Assembly (NCBI GenBank): GCA_028688325.1
Contig: JAQTYI010000002.1
Coordinates: 161,284 to 225,283 of the forward strand
From: Candidatus Portnoybacteria bacterium
GTDB taxonomy: Bacteria; Patescibacteriota; Minisyncoccia; Portnoybacterales; GWB1-42-6
Reading direction: 5' to 3'
DNA: 64,000 nucleotides
In this document: piece after piece, positions 27,551 through 37,512 of the stretch
How the letters are laid out: each line of letters starts with the position of its first letter
How positions within the stretch are numbered: position 1 is the stretch's first letter
Program-made: the position numbers and the translations under genes
The notes under the pieces: generated by a model
Databases searched by the model: none
What the model saw: only the letters and a program-made list of their open reading frames with translations
What the model was told of the DNA's origin: nothing

Positions 27551-28807
27551 CTAGCAACCAATACTCTTTAACAACTTACTCTTCCTATCATTTACTCCGC
27601 CGGTAATGCCGCGCAATCGGCCGATGACACCGGGCAAAACTTCAAGCACGCGGTCAATATCTTTTTCTTCCGTAAACCGACCAAGGGAAAATCTGATGGA
27701 ACTATGCGCTTCCAAGTGCTCCAGGCCCAGTGCCAGCAAAACATGCGATGGCTCAAGCGCCCGCGAAGCGCAGGCCGAACCGGTGGAAACGGCAATACCT
27801 TCCAGATCCAGCGCGATTAAAATCGCTTCGCCTTCCGCTTTGGCAAATCTGAAGTTGGCATTGTTGGGCAAACGATTCTCGCGTGAACCGTTTAAAACCG
27901 CGCCTTCAATTTTTAATACGCCGCCAATCAACTTGTCGCGCAATTGTTTGATTTTTTCGTTATCTTTTTGCCGCTCGCCGATCAGTTCAATGGCCGCGCC
28001 AAGGCCCACAATTCCCGGAGTGTTATGGGTGCCTGAGCGCATCTTAAATTCCTGCTCTCCCCCATGTAAATATTTGGTAAAGACCGAGCCCTGTTTAACA
28101 AACATCGCGCCGATTCCTTTGGGTCCGTAAAATTTATGGGCCGACAATGTCAAAAAGTCCACGCCCAGTTTTTGTACATTGCAGTCCAAATAATTAACCG
28201 CCTGCACAGCGTCGGTATGAAAATATATTTTATTTGCCCGATCTTTATTTAACTTTTTTAATAATTCGCCGATGGCGGCAATTGGTTGCACAGAACCGAT
28301 TTCATTGTTGGCATACATTACAGAGACCAAAACAGTGTTTGGTTTAATGGCTTCGGCCAGCTCCGCCGGATCCACGATACCTTCCCGGCTGACCGTTAAA
28401 AACGACGCCTCGGCCAAGCCCTCTTTAACCAAAAACTCTATGGAATCCGAAACGCTTTCATGTTCAATTTTAGTGGAAATAATATGAATTTTGCTCGCCT
28501 CGTCTTTGCCTTGGCGAAGCGGGCCGCCAACCGCTTGCGCCAGTTTTTTATTCAAACCGAAGCCCTTGATAATGGCGTTATTGCCCTCGGTCGCGCCGCC
28601 CGTAAAAATGACTTCTTTTTCTTCGCAGCCCAAAAAATTGGCCACTTGGTTTCGCGCCAAAATCACTCCTTGTTGCGCGTCCTGGCCGAATTGATGAAGC
28701 GAGGAAGCATTGCCAAATTTAACGCTAAAATACGGCTCCATGGCCTCAAAAACATTGGGGTCAACCGGCGTTGTGGCGGCATAATCAAGATAGATTTTTT
28801 TACTCAT
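27551..28807 (-). CDS. iscS: Cysteine desulfurase (NifS/IscS, class V aminotransferase)
   Basis: 418 aa; PLP-lysine motif SAHKFYGPKGIGAMFV; C-terminal active-site Cys loop (STGSACAS). Confidence 0.9.
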   Translation of the reverse strand: MSKKIYLDYAATTPVDPNVFEAMEPYFSVKFGNASSLHQFGQDAQQGVILARNQVANFLGCEEKEVIFTGGATEGNNAIIKGFGLNKKLAQAVGGPLRQGKDEASKIHIISTKIEHESVSDSIEFLVKEGLAEASFLTVSREGIVDPAELAEAIKPNTVLVSVMYANNEIGSVQPIAAIGELLKKLNKDRANKIYFHTDAVQAVNYLDCNVQKLGVDFLTLSAHKFYGPKGIGAMFVKQGSVFTKYLHGGEQEFKMRSGTHNTPGIVGLGAAIELIGERQKDNEKIKQLRDKLIGGVLKIEGAVLNGSRENRLPNNANFRFAKAEGEAILIALDLEGIAVSTGSACASRALEPSHVLLALGLEHLEAHSSIRFSLGRFTEEKDIDRVLEVLPGVIGRLRGITGGVNDRKSKLLKSIGC

Positions 28808-28947
28808 AGTATAATTTTAACACCTTACATTTTAACGCAAAATCGCTTGTCAGTCAATTTAAATAATGTTAGAATGTCTTTATTAAACTTAAATTAAAAA
28901 TTTAAAGGTCGAGCTTAACAATAAAGTTAAATTATATCTATATATCT

Positions 28948-29466
28948 ATGAAAAAACTAATCATCAAATTTGTCTCTTTATTCGTTGCTTTGTCGTTTTT
29001 GGCCATGCCGGTCCTGGCAGCCGAAACAACAGGCGCCAACAAAACCCCAAAACCAACCACGGCTTCAACCGCAAAGGTAAGGGCCGAAAACGCCAAAATA
29101 GAAAGGGAGACAAAAAAAGCAGCCCTTAAGGCCTATAATAATGCCTTAAACGCCGCCCGCAAAACTTATACCGAGGCGATAAAAACAGCCAATCAAAATT
29201 ATAACAGCGCGGTAAGAACAATTAATGAGGCCTATAAAACAACGGTTAAAAGCGCGCAAACAACATTAAAAGACGCGACAAAAGCCGCTAAAGAAAAAAA
29301 TGATGCGGCAGCCAGAAAGACCGCTAACCAGGCCTACAAAGACGCGATCGGCGCGGCCCAACAAAAAAGAAAAGATGCCCTGAAATCAGCCATTGAAACA
29401 ATGAAGAACGCCAAAAAAACCGCCTTGGAGGCATTCAATAACGCCAAAAACAGCTTGAAAAAATAA
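28948..29466 (+). CDS. Secreted Ala/Lys-rich helical-repeat protein
   Basis: 172 aa; signal peptide MKKLIIKFVSLFVALSFLAMPVLAAE; body of ~11-residue amphipathic repeats (AxKxYNxAxxxA...). One of three plus-strand genes. Confidence 0.55.
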   Translation: MKKLIIKFVSLFVALSFLAMPVLAAETTGANKTPKPTTASTAKVRAENAKIERETKKAALKAYNNALNAARKTYTEAIKTANQNYNSAVRTINEAYKTTVKSAQTTLKDATKAAKEKNDAAARKTANQAYKDAIGAAQQKRKDALKSAIETMKNAKKTALEAFNNAKNSLKK

Positions 29467-29477
29467 ATTCCCTTTAT

Positions 29478-29546
29478 AAAAATCACCCCGCAAAATGCCC
29501 GCTTCGCTTTCGCGAAGGCGAGGCGAGCGGGGTGATTTTTATAAAG
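29478..29546. terminator. Long bidirectional hairpin between convergent genes
   Basis: tttataaaaatcaccccgc ... gcggggtgatttttataaa: 19-bp perfect stem flanking a GC-rich loop (gcttcgctttcgcgaaggcgagg); A/T runs on both sides. Confidence 0.65.
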
Positions 29547-29557
29547 CGGAAGATTGC

Positions 29558-31327
29558 TCAATTTTTCCGGCCTGACAGACGATAAATTTCCACCGGAATC
29601 TCTTTTCCCTTAACATTAACTTTGTCCAAATATGGGCAATTAAATTTATCCGCCACTTTATCGCGGGTAAACCGGCTCACAATAATGTTTGTACCATATT
29701 CTTTATTTAATCCCTCAAGGCGGGCCGCCAGATTAACATTATCGCCGATCACCGTATAGTTGAAACGGGTTGACGATCCCATATTTCCCACCAGCATCTG
29801 GCCGGAATTTATTCCAATGCCGATATTAAGATCCGGCAAACCGCGGCGCAGCCAATCGCCCTTTAAAACAGTTAACCGCTCAATCATTTTTAGCGCCGCG
29901 TCGCAGGCCAAAAAAGCGTGGTCGGGAATCTCGCGCGGCGCTCCCCAAAAAGCCATGATGGCGTCCCCGATGAATTTATCCAGCACGCCGCCCGACTTTA
30001 AAATTATTTCGGTCATGGCGGTAAAATATTCGTTCAACAAGGACACCATTATTTCCGGATCAGTTTTTTCCGACAAAGAAGTAAAGCCACGAATATCGGA
30101 AAAAAGAACCGTCATCTCCTTTTTTTGGCCGCCCAGCTTCAGTTTGGCCGGATCCTGAATAATTTGTTCTATAACGCCGGGTTCAAGATAAAACTGGAAG
30201 CTTTTACGCAAATAATCCTTTTCCCGGCTTTCGGCCAAATAGTTAAAAACCAAAACAACCATCAAAGAAGCGAAAAAAGCCAGCGTCGGATGCGTTAAAT
30301 TAAAAATTATTCCCCGCTCAAAAAATAATAAAGCCGCACCCAGATAAATCAGCCAAAAAAATAAACCGGCCGCCAGCGCCACCCAGATTTTTTTAAAAAA
30401 ATAAAAGCTTAACGCGTTAAAAAGACACAGCGCAAAAATAACCGGCCAAACCCCGGCCGCGCCAATTTCACGAAGATAGCGCCGGTTTAAAATCGTATCC
30501 AGGGCGTTGGCATGAATTTCAATGCCGGCCATGGCCCTGCCCAAAGAGAAAGGCGTCATTTGCGCGTCATGCAAATCCGCGCTGGTCGCGCCCACTAACA
30601 CAATTTTATCTTTCAAGGCCTCGGCCGGAGTTTGGCCGGAAAAAATATCAACGAAGGAAACTGTTTTAAAAGAACCAGGCAGGCCGACATAATTTATCCT
30701 CAAAGATTGGCCGGCCCCGGCAATAACTTCGGACGCCTTGGGTCCGCCGGCCAGCTCGCTCAAAGACAAAGACAGGGCCGGAATTTGCCTGCCGCTAAAA
30801 TTTATAAAAACAGGCAAACGCCGCACCAGGCCGTCATCATCGGACAAAACATTAACATGCGCTTGCTTGGCGGCATTGTCTAAAAAAACTTTTAACGGCT
30901 CAATTAAGTTGGCGGCCGCTGCCGGCTGATTTTTTTTAATTTCCAACGGCTGGCCCTCCAACGGTAAAACCACTTTAAGGCGCCTCAAAGCATTGCTGAA
31001 GCTCTGATCGTCCGGCGCGCCAAATTTTGACGGTTCGCTGAAAATGACATCGTAGCCGACCGCCTTGGGAGCGGCTAAAGCCAAATTATTTAAAAACTGG
31101 GCGTGCACCGCGCGCGGCCATGGCCACTGCCCGATAGCAGCCAAACTTTTATCATCAATAGCCGCCAGTAAAATTTCGCCGGATGGCTGGCGCTTCAAAA
31201 AAAGCTTATCATTGAGCTTAGCCTGCCAGGTGCCAAAAATTCCTAGCCAAAAAGCAACGCCAAAAAATAAAGCGACAAACAAGCTTAAAAAAACGCTGAT
31301 TAAAAATCTTTTGAGCCGAGGCGTCAT
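29558..31327 (-). CDS. CHASE2 sensor domain-containing class III adenylate/guanylate cyclase
   Basis: 589 aa; N-terminal TM + periplasmic CHASE2-like region + TM bundle; C-terminal cyclase homology domain (LFSDIRGFTSLSE...DKFIGDAIMAFWGAP...IGINSGQMLVGNMG). Confidence 0.85.
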   Translation of the reverse strand: MTPRLKRFLISVFLSLFVALFFGVAFWLGIFGTWQAKLNDKLFLKRQPSGEILLAAIDDKSLAAIGQWPWPRAVHAQFLNNLALAAPKAVGYDVIFSEPSKFGAPDDQSFSNALRRLKVVLPLEGQPLEIKKNQPAAAANLIEPLKVFLDNAAKQAHVNVLSDDDGLVRRLPVFINFSGRQIPALSLSLSELAGGPKASEVIAGAGQSLRINYVGLPGSFKTVSFVDIFSGQTPAEALKDKIVLVGATSADLHDAQMTPFSLGRAMAGIEIHANALDTILNRRYLREIGAAGVWPVIFALCLFNALSFYFFKKIWVALAAGLFFWLIYLGAALLFFERGIIFNLTHPTLAFFASLMVVLVFNYLAESREKDYLRKSFQFYLEPGVIEQIIQDPAKLKLGGQKKEMTVLFSDIRGFTSLSEKTDPEIMVSLLNEYFTAMTEIILKSGGVLDKFIGDAIMAFWGAPREIPDHAFLACDAALKMIERLTVLKGDWLRRGLPDLNIGIGINSGQMLVGNMGSSTRFNYTVIGDNVNLAARLEGLNKEYGTNIIVSRFTRDKVADKFNCPYLDKVNVKGKEIPVEIYRLSGRKN

Positions 31328-32553
31328 TTTGGCTTGTAAACATTAAAGGCCTTTGGCAAAACAACTTTTTGTCCTTCACAATCAACGGAGATATCATAGA
31401 CCTCCGGCGCGATATCCGCGCCCAATGTTCCCTCCAAAACAGCGACGCTGACTAATTTCATATTCTGCAAGGCGCGAGAACCTAAAAACGCCTGGCAACC
31501 TGAAGAAAAACCGGCGCCATTAATGGTTAAACGGGCATATTGATAACCATTACCCGGCGCGGCGACCGGCGACACGCCGATTATAGCTAATCTTTGTTTA
31601 ATGTCCAACGAAGAAACCGGAGCGGGTTTTGGCGCCCTGGTTGGCTTGTTTGAAACGACAGGACTAACGCTGGCTGACGGCGCGGCCGAAGTTGAAACAG
31701 ACGGCTGTGCGTCAGCCGATTTATTTTTTAACAGGTCTTTTTTTAAAGTTGTTTTAATATTCAGCAAAACAACCGCCGGCAGAATTTCTTTAAGCTGACT
31801 CCGGGAAATGCTGTTGCCAAAATTTGCCAGCGCTCCGTCAATTTTTTTATCATTCTTTAAATTTTCCTGATACCATGGTTGCTGCAAGTCCTGCGGAGCA
31901 ATGGTTTGCGGCGCCAATGGTTTTTGCGCGGAAGGCAAATCAGCGCTGTCTATCTGGACAAAATTGCCCGCCTCAATGTCCGTTTGGCCGCCGGGCAAGG
32001 CCTGGCCGGTCTGGCTATCGATCGCCGCCACCGAAATCTTGCTGTCTAAAACGCTCACTTTTGTCTGATTATTGAGCCGGGAGACATTAAACACCGTCCC
32101 CCTCACCACCGCCACCGTGTTTGAGGTCCTAACTTCATATTCATTGGCAACATCCAACAAACGCTGCACGCGCGACCATAAATTGCCGCTGTTTAAATAA
32201 AGCTTAATTTTAATATTTTGCTTCAAGGACTGGTAATCGTTCAGATCAACCGAAGTGGCGCCGTTCAAGCGCGCCACGCTGCCGCTGGAAAAAATAATAT
32301 TGGCCTGGCCGTCAGCCAAGGTCTCCACCTTGGCGCCTTTGGCGATTTCCTGGCTGGCCGGCGCGGTTAAAACCTTTTCTTGCCCCTCCATGGTTATTTT
32401 GGCCTGGCCTTGGATTACTTCCACCACCACGCTGTCGTTGGCCAAAACCTCCAATGCGCCAAACGACAAATTTTTATTGTTCAAAAAAAGGGCTGCTCCG
32501 GCTACCGATAAAATCAGAATCGCGATACCGGCTAATAAAATTATTTTTTTCAT
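31324..32553 (-). CDS. FecR-domain secreted protein (partner of the CHASE2 cyclase), C-terminal Ig-like domain
   Basis: 409 aa; signal/TM anchor; FecR-like beta-sandwich (NTVAVVRGTVFNVS); 4-nt overlap with the cyclase gene. Confidence 0.6.
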   Translation of the reverse strand: MKKIILLAGIAILILSVAGAALFLNNKNLSFGALEVLANDSVVVEVIQGQAKITMEGQEKVLTAPASQEIAKGAKVETLADGQANIIFSSGSVARLNGATSVDLNDYQSLKQNIKIKLYLNSGNLWSRVQRLLDVANEYEVRTSNTVAVVRGTVFNVSRLNNQTKVSVLDSKISVAAIDSQTGQALPGGQTDIEAGNFVQIDSADLPSAQKPLAPQTIAPQDLQQPWYQENLKNDKKIDGALANFGNSISRSQLKEILPAVVLLNIKTTLKKDLLKNKSADAQPSVSTSAAPSASVSPVVSNKPTRAPKPAPVSSLDIKQRLAIIGVSPVAAPGNGYQYARLTINGAGFSSGCQAFLGSRALQNMKLVSVAVLEGTLGADIAPEVYDISVDCEGQKVVLPKAFNVYKPK

Positions 32554-32588
32554 ATCAAAAATTTATTATTAAATTATAATCCAAATTA

Positions 32589-33311
32589 TTAAATAAACTT
32601 GCTTATCAACAAAATAAATCCCACGCCAAGCAGCATCATAAAACCGTTTTTCCAATTATGCTCTTTGTGGGTAAGGGGCACCAGGTCCGAAGCGCTGATA
32701 TAAATAAAAGCTCCGGCCGCGCCCGCCAGCAGCAGGCCCAGAGTTTGGCCGGCCAGCTGAGCTGTAAAAAAATACGCCAGCATAGCGCCAAGCGGCGTGG
32801 CCAACGCCACAAGCCAAGAAAAAAATAACGCCTTGCTTTGGGAAAAACGCCCGCCCAGCAATAGAACATAAAGGCAGCTGCCTTCGGAAATTTTATGGAA
32901 GACGATCGCCAAAGAAGCCAAAAGGCCGACATTAAAACCGGCCTGGAACGCGATGCCGATTGTTAGCCCGTCAATTAACGAATGGAAGCCGATGCCAAAA
33001 AGTCCCATGTGTCCAAGCGAGTGTGTTTCGCAACCCTCTTCGTAGCAGGCATGAATTATTATCACCTGTTCTATCAGATAGAAAAAAATTATCGCGCCCA
33101 GCGCCCCGTACGGCCAAAGCGCCGTTGTTTGCGCGGCTTCGGGCAGCAAATGCAAAAAAGCGTTGGCCATTAAAACTCCCACCGCAAAACTCACAAATAA
33201 AACCAAGCTTTTTTTAGCCCGAGCGCCAAAAAAATAAACCAGATAAACGCCGCCCATAGCCGCCAAACCGGCGACGAAACTGTAGATTAAAATACTTAAA
33301 AAAATATTCAT
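32589..33311 (-). CDS. ZIP-family metal cation transporter (ZupT-like)
   Basis: 240 aa, 8 TM; His-rich ZIP motifs (HSLIDGLTIGIAFQAG; HKISEG; HNWKNG). Confidence 0.8.
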   Translation of the reverse strand: MNIFLSILIYSFVAGLAAMGGVYLVYFFGARAKKSLVLFVSFAVGVLMANAFLHLLPEAAQTTALWPYGALGAIIFFYLIEQVIIIHACYEEGCETHSLGHMGLFGIGFHSLIDGLTIGIAFQAGFNVGLLASLAIVFHKISEGSCLYVLLLGGRFSQSKALFFSWLVALATPLGAMLAYFFTAQLAGQTLGLLLAGAAGAFIYISASDLVPLTHKEHNWKNGFMMLLGVGFILLISKFI

Positions 33312-34171
33312 AATCCTTGTTTTTCGACCAATATCGCCGCGCCGAGCGCCCCGCCGAATTGACCGAGTTCACTCAATAAAATTTGCGTTTTTTTGGCAGC
33401 CGGCGAAACAACGAATTTGTCAACGCCTTCTTCAATGCCCGGCCAAAGCATTCCGGCGGTCGCGCTTATTCCCCCATTTATGATTATGGCTTCGGGATCA
33501 AAAATATTGATGATATTGGCGATGCCTACCCCCAAATTTTTGCCCAGATGAGTAAAAGCCGCCTCCGCTTTTTTGTCGCCGCCGCGCCGCCTTTGTTCCG
33601 CTTCGGCCGAACCGACGCCCAAAATATTTTTAATGAATTTATTGGCGCCCAATTCCTCCCAGCCGGTATATTTTTCCATATCCATTATCATATGCCCCGC
33701 TTCGCCGGCCGCGCCGTGTGAACCGGCCACAATCTGCCCGTTTATCATAAAAGCTCCGCCGATACCCGAACCCAGCGTCAGATAAAAAACATTCTTCATA
33801 TTTTTAGCCAAACCGGCTTCTTTCTCCGCCAGTAAAAAACAATGCGCATCGTGCTCGATTTTTAGCCGATGACCGCGGAACCTTCCTTCCAGCAATTCCT
33901 TGACGGGCTGGCCGTTCAAATATTTGATATTGGGGCTGTTCAGCATTATTTTACGCTCCAAGTCCATAGCCCCGGCCAAACCAAAACCCACGCCGCCGAT
34001 TTCCTCGTGGCCGAGTCCGGCAATGAGCTCTGTATGCATTTTTATCAGCGCCAGCAATAAATTTTCCAGATCGCCCGGCAAGTCGCGAACGCCGCTTTTT
34101 ATTATCTGGCGATCCCTGGCCAGCACGGCTTTGATGCTGGACGCACCGATGTCGAAACCGATGTAATACAT
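33308..34171 (-). CDS. ROK-family sugar kinase (glucokinase-like)
   Basis: 287 aa; MYYIGFDIGASSIKAV (ATPase N-motif), GSGIGGAFMINGQIVAG..GEAGHM typical of ROK kinases. Confidence 0.8.
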   Translation of the reverse strand: MYYIGFDIGASSIKAVLARDRQIIKSGVRDLPGDLENLLLALIKMHTELIAGLGHEEIGGVGFGLAGAMDLERKIMLNSPNIKYLNGQPVKELLEGRFRGHRLKIEHDAHCFLLAEKEAGLAKNMKNVFYLTLGSGIGGAFMINGQIVAGSHGAAGEAGHMIMDMEKYTGWEELGANKFIKNILGVGSAEAEQRRRGGDKKAEAAFTHLGKNLGVGIANIINIFDPEAIIINGGISATAGMLWPGIEEGVDKFVVSPAAKKTQILLSELGQFGGALGAAILVEKQGL

Positions 34172-34300
34172 AAAAATGTCTAAATCCTAATGTCTAATGA
34201 CAAATGGAAATCTTAATGCCAAACGCAAAATTTAGAGGCATTGGTCATTTCATTAAACATTAGTCATTGGAGCTTTGGCATTAATAATAAAATTATTCGA
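34172..34300. repeat. AT-rich palindromic word-repeat element (aatgtctaatg / cattagtcatt words)
   Basis: atgtctaaatcctaatgtctaatgacaaatggaaatcttaatgccaaa ... tttagaggcattggtcatttcattaaacattagtcattggagctttggcattaa; arms inverted; shares the ccaatgtctaat word with the elements at 1900 and 19737. Confidence 0.6.
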
Positions 34301-35275
34301 TTAATAATTTATCAGCTCCTTAACTCTGTCCCAATATTCCGGGTGCCCCTGCTGCTTTAAATAATACCACCATTCCGCTCCCCAAAAATAGTACTCCGAA
34401 AATCCCGTCTGGCGAGCATAATCGATCGTCGCGTTAAATTCGGGCAAGGGCATAAGATTTAGCTGCTCGGAAACGGGAATTTCATAAATTTGCTTATGCG
34501 TCCATGGCTCGCCTTGCAATTCGATGACCATAAACGGCTTTTGCCGGCCCACGAACAAGCGCGCCAATCTTTCTTTGACACGGAAAAAGCTCGGTGGGAT
34601 CGGATATTTGTAAGAACCCAAATACTGATTCCAAACCCAGCGATACATTGTTGTGCCGAAAATATCGGCCCGGCCGGCGGCCGGCACCCAAATACTGAGT
34701 TCACCGCTATCCGTGATAACTATGGGCCGGGCGTCTAGTTTTTTGACTAACGCTATTTCCTTATCCAGAAATTGCGCATCCGATTTGGGGCATTCGCCAA
34801 AAGGCAAAAACGGCTCGTTTTCCACTTGCCAAGCAGCAATAGACGAATTACCTTTATACCGATTAACCGTGGCTTCAATATATTTTAAAAGCATATTTTG
34901 CCTGTTATTGGCGGCCCAATCGGGAATATGGCATTCGGGCCAGCGCGGCAGCTTAGATCCCACGGCCATAATTATCCGCACCTTGCGCTTTTGGGCCTCT
35001 GCGACCTGCCAATCAAGTTTGGAATAATCGAATTTTCCCTCTTGCGGCTCAACTTCGGTCCAATGCGCCACCAGCCGAATTTTTCTGACCTTTAGATCGT
35101 CCAAAATTTCCGTAAAGGCCTTTTGCCAATCAAGCCCGAGTTTTATCGCAAAATCGTCATCGAAAGTCGCGGCCCAAACGATTTTCCTGTTTGGGTCAGC
35201 GGTCTGCCGACCCAAAAATGCCAAGCCCGCGGTCGACAGCAGAACAATTATTAAAAATATGTAGCGTTTTTTCAT
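34301..35275 (-). CDS. Secreted glycoside hydrolase, clan GH-A-like (GH5/GH113-type TIM barrel)
   Basis: 324 aa; signal peptide; WQVENEP (acid/base NEP motif of clan GH-A) and later conserved E/W-rich strands. Family assignment uncertain. Confidence 0.45.
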   Translation of the reverse strand: MKKRYIFLIIVLLSTAGLAFLGRQTADPNRKIVWAATFDDDFAIKLGLDWQKAFTEILDDLKVRKIRLVAHWTEVEPQEGKFDYSKLDWQVAEAQKRKVRIIMAVGSKLPRWPECHIPDWAANNRQNMLLKYIEATVNRYKGNSSIAAWQVENEPFLPFGECPKSDAQFLDKEIALVKKLDARPIVITDSGELSIWVPAAGRADIFGTTMYRWVWNQYLGSYKYPIPPSFFRVKERLARLFVGRQKPFMVIELQGEPWTHKQIYEIPVSEQLNLMPLPEFNATIDYARQTGFSEYYFWGAEWWYYLKQQGHPEYWDRVKELINY

Positions 35276-35402
35276 ACCAGGCAGTGAAAATTCGATTGAA
35301 TAAATTTATTTTTTACCAAGCCAAGCAATAATTATTAAAAAGGATTACTCGTAAAAATGATACCATCGGACTGAAATACCCCATCGAATTTCTACTGCCT
35401 GG

Positions 35403-36302
35403 TTATAAAGCTATCAAAGCCAAGCCCAAACAGATGAAAAATATCGCTGCGATCTTTTGCGCGATAATCGCCCCGTTCAGCTTTTCGCGCAAAATATTGG
35501 GGAATTTACTGGAAAGCAAGATCGTCAGAAAAAATAAAAATGCGTATTCCGAACCCTGCAAAGCGTTAACCAGAGAAACATTGCCTTTGGCGATAGCCAA
35601 GCTGATGAAAAAAGAACCCAGCCCCGCCACAATCTTGCTGCCCAGCATCAGAAAATCAACGCCGGCCGAAGCCTCGCGCGCCGAGCCGAAAATCGTCTTG
35701 CGCCAAGCAGGATTGAGCAAAATGACCAGCGCCGCCAGAACCAGCCCCATACGCGACCAAACAAAACCAGTGATAAAATCCTGGTAAATAAAAAGATGTT
35801 TCAGCATCACGAAATACGCCGCGTGCAAAATTATGGTCAGAGCAAAAAACCACCAGCCCTTGAGGCGCTCCCGAAAACCATCTTTGCCCTTTTCAAGAGA
35901 GATCAAAAAACCGCCCAGCGTTAAGACAAGAAAAGCCGCTAACTGCATCTTTCCCAATTCTTCTCCCAAAAATAAATACGAAAAAAATAAAACGAATATC
36001 GGCGTGAGCCCGCCGAAAAATGACGCTGTGCGCGAGGCCTCGTTGATATCCAAAGCATGATAAAAAGACCATAACGAGCCGAAAAAGACCAGACCAGTCA
36101 ATAAATCAAAAGCTATCCAGCCCCAACCCGGCCAATGCAGGCCGAAAGGCGCCAATATAAAAGTTATAATACTGAAGAGGCACACCCAAAAAGTGAAGAC
36201 CAGGGGTTTGGTGGTAGCGCGCTGGCGCAGCAAGAATTTATTGCTGACGGTAGTCAGAGAGTACAGAAAATAACCGAGTACGGCAAAAATTATCCAAGTC
36301 AT
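35403..36302 (-). CDS. DMT-superfamily (EamA-like) permease
   Basis: 299 aa, ~10 TM helices in two EamA-like halves. Confidence 0.6.
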   Translation of the reverse strand: MTWIIFAVLGYFLYSLTTVSNKFLLRQRATTKPLVFTFWVCLFSIITFILAPFGLHWPGWGWIAFDLLTGLVFFGSLWSFYHALDINEASRTASFFGGLTPIFVLFFSYLFLGEELGKMQLAAFLVLTLGGFLISLEKGKDGFRERLKGWWFFALTIILHAAYFVMLKHLFIYQDFITGFVWSRMGLVLAALVILLNPAWRKTIFGSAREASAGVDFLMLGSKIVAGLGSFFISLAIAKGNVSLVNALQGSEYAFLFFLTILLSSKFPNILREKLNGAIIAQKIAAIFFICLGLALIAL

Positions 36303-37495
36303 ATGATCAATTTATTTTCTTTACATATTTTAGCATATTCCAGGGCGCTGGGCCGAACCTTGCGTTCCAGATTTTTATAATCTATCTCCACCAACCCAAA
36401 CCGCGGCCAAAAACCCTTGTCCCACTCGAAATTATCCAGCAGCGACCAATAAAAATATCCGCGCACATCCGCGCCGCCGTCCATCGCTTTTTTCATTGCT
36501 TTAATGTATTCTTTGATGAAATTACCCCGCCTGTCATCTTTGGCGTCGGCGATGCCATTTTCCAGAACATAAAGAGGTTTTTCGTAACGGCCGGCATCTT
36601 TTAAAACTTCACTAAATCCTTTCGCATCTATAGGCCAGCCCATATCCGAATATTCCTTGGCCTCCCCATCTGATTTATAGTAATTGATGCCGATAAAATC
36701 CTGGTGTTGCCTGATGGAATTTAAAAAGAAAAAATTGTAGACATAATTTTTGATACCCGCGCCAAAACCGGTAAAATGCATCATATTTTGCGCCACGCCG
36801 ATTTGCGCGGCCGGATGCATTTTTTTCATGGATCCGTAAACGGCGATATGCGCTCGCGACAAGTGATGGTTGGCGCACAAATATTTGATCAACGATTTTT
36901 TTCCCGGCGGCCAGATGCCTTTAAAATAACTATGGCCCGCGTAAACATTGGTTTCATTCAAGGTTATCCAAAACTTCACTTCGCCGCCCAGCGTTTCAGC
37001 CATTTTATCTGCGTAGCGCGCAAAATATCCGATGGTTTTTTTATTTTTCCAACCGCCAATATCGCGAATCCATAGCGGCAAGGTCCAATGCCACAGCGTC
37101 ACAAACGGCTCCATTCCCTTCTCGCGCAAGGATTTTATAACTTCTCGATAATGCTCAATTTCTTTTTCATCAAATTTCCCCTCTTCCGGCTCGATGCGGC
37201 TCCATTCAATGGAAAAACGGTGGGCGTTATGGCCCAGCGATTTGGCAATATCAAAATCTTCGTTGAAACGATTGTAATGATCGCAGGCCCCGCCCGAAAT
37301 ATAATTTTCTTCCTGCAAGGGATTGGGATAGCTTTTCAAAATAAAATCCGGCCAGGCCTTTTGACTGGCGTTTCGCGCGAGGCGCTCTGCGTTTTTCTTT
37401 TCCCACTCGCTCCAATCATTGATATTGCCGCCCTCAACCTGATGGGAGCTCGTCGCCGCACCCCATAAAAATCTTTTGGGAAATTTCAGTTCCAT
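36299..37495 (-). CDS. Glycoside hydrolase family 1 (beta-glucosidase/beta-galactosidase)
   Basis: 398 aa; GH1 acid/base TLNETN and nucleophile VLENGIA (I/TENG) motifs, plus FLWGAATSSHQVEG N-terminal signature. Confidence 0.85.
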   Translation of the reverse strand: MELKFPKRFLWGAATSSHQVEGGNINDWSEWEKKNAERLARNASQKAWPDFILKSYPNPLQEENYISGGACDHYNRFNEDFDIAKSLGHNAHRFSIEWSRIEPEEGKFDEKEIEHYREVIKSLREKGMEPFVTLWHWTLPLWIRDIGGWKNKKTIGYFARYADKMAETLGGEVKFWITLNETNVYAGHSYFKGIWPPGKKSLIKYLCANHHLSRAHIAVYGSMKKMHPAAQIGVAQNMMHFTGFGAGIKNYVYNFFFLNSIRQHQDFIGINYYKSDGEAKEYSDMGWPIDAKGFSEVLKDAGRYEKPLYVLENGIADAKDDRRGNFIKEYIKAMKKAMDGGADVRGYFYWSLLDNFEWDKGFWPRFGLVEIDYKNLERKVRPSALEYAKICKENKLII

Positions 37496-37512
37496 ATATT
37501 TACATTATACCA

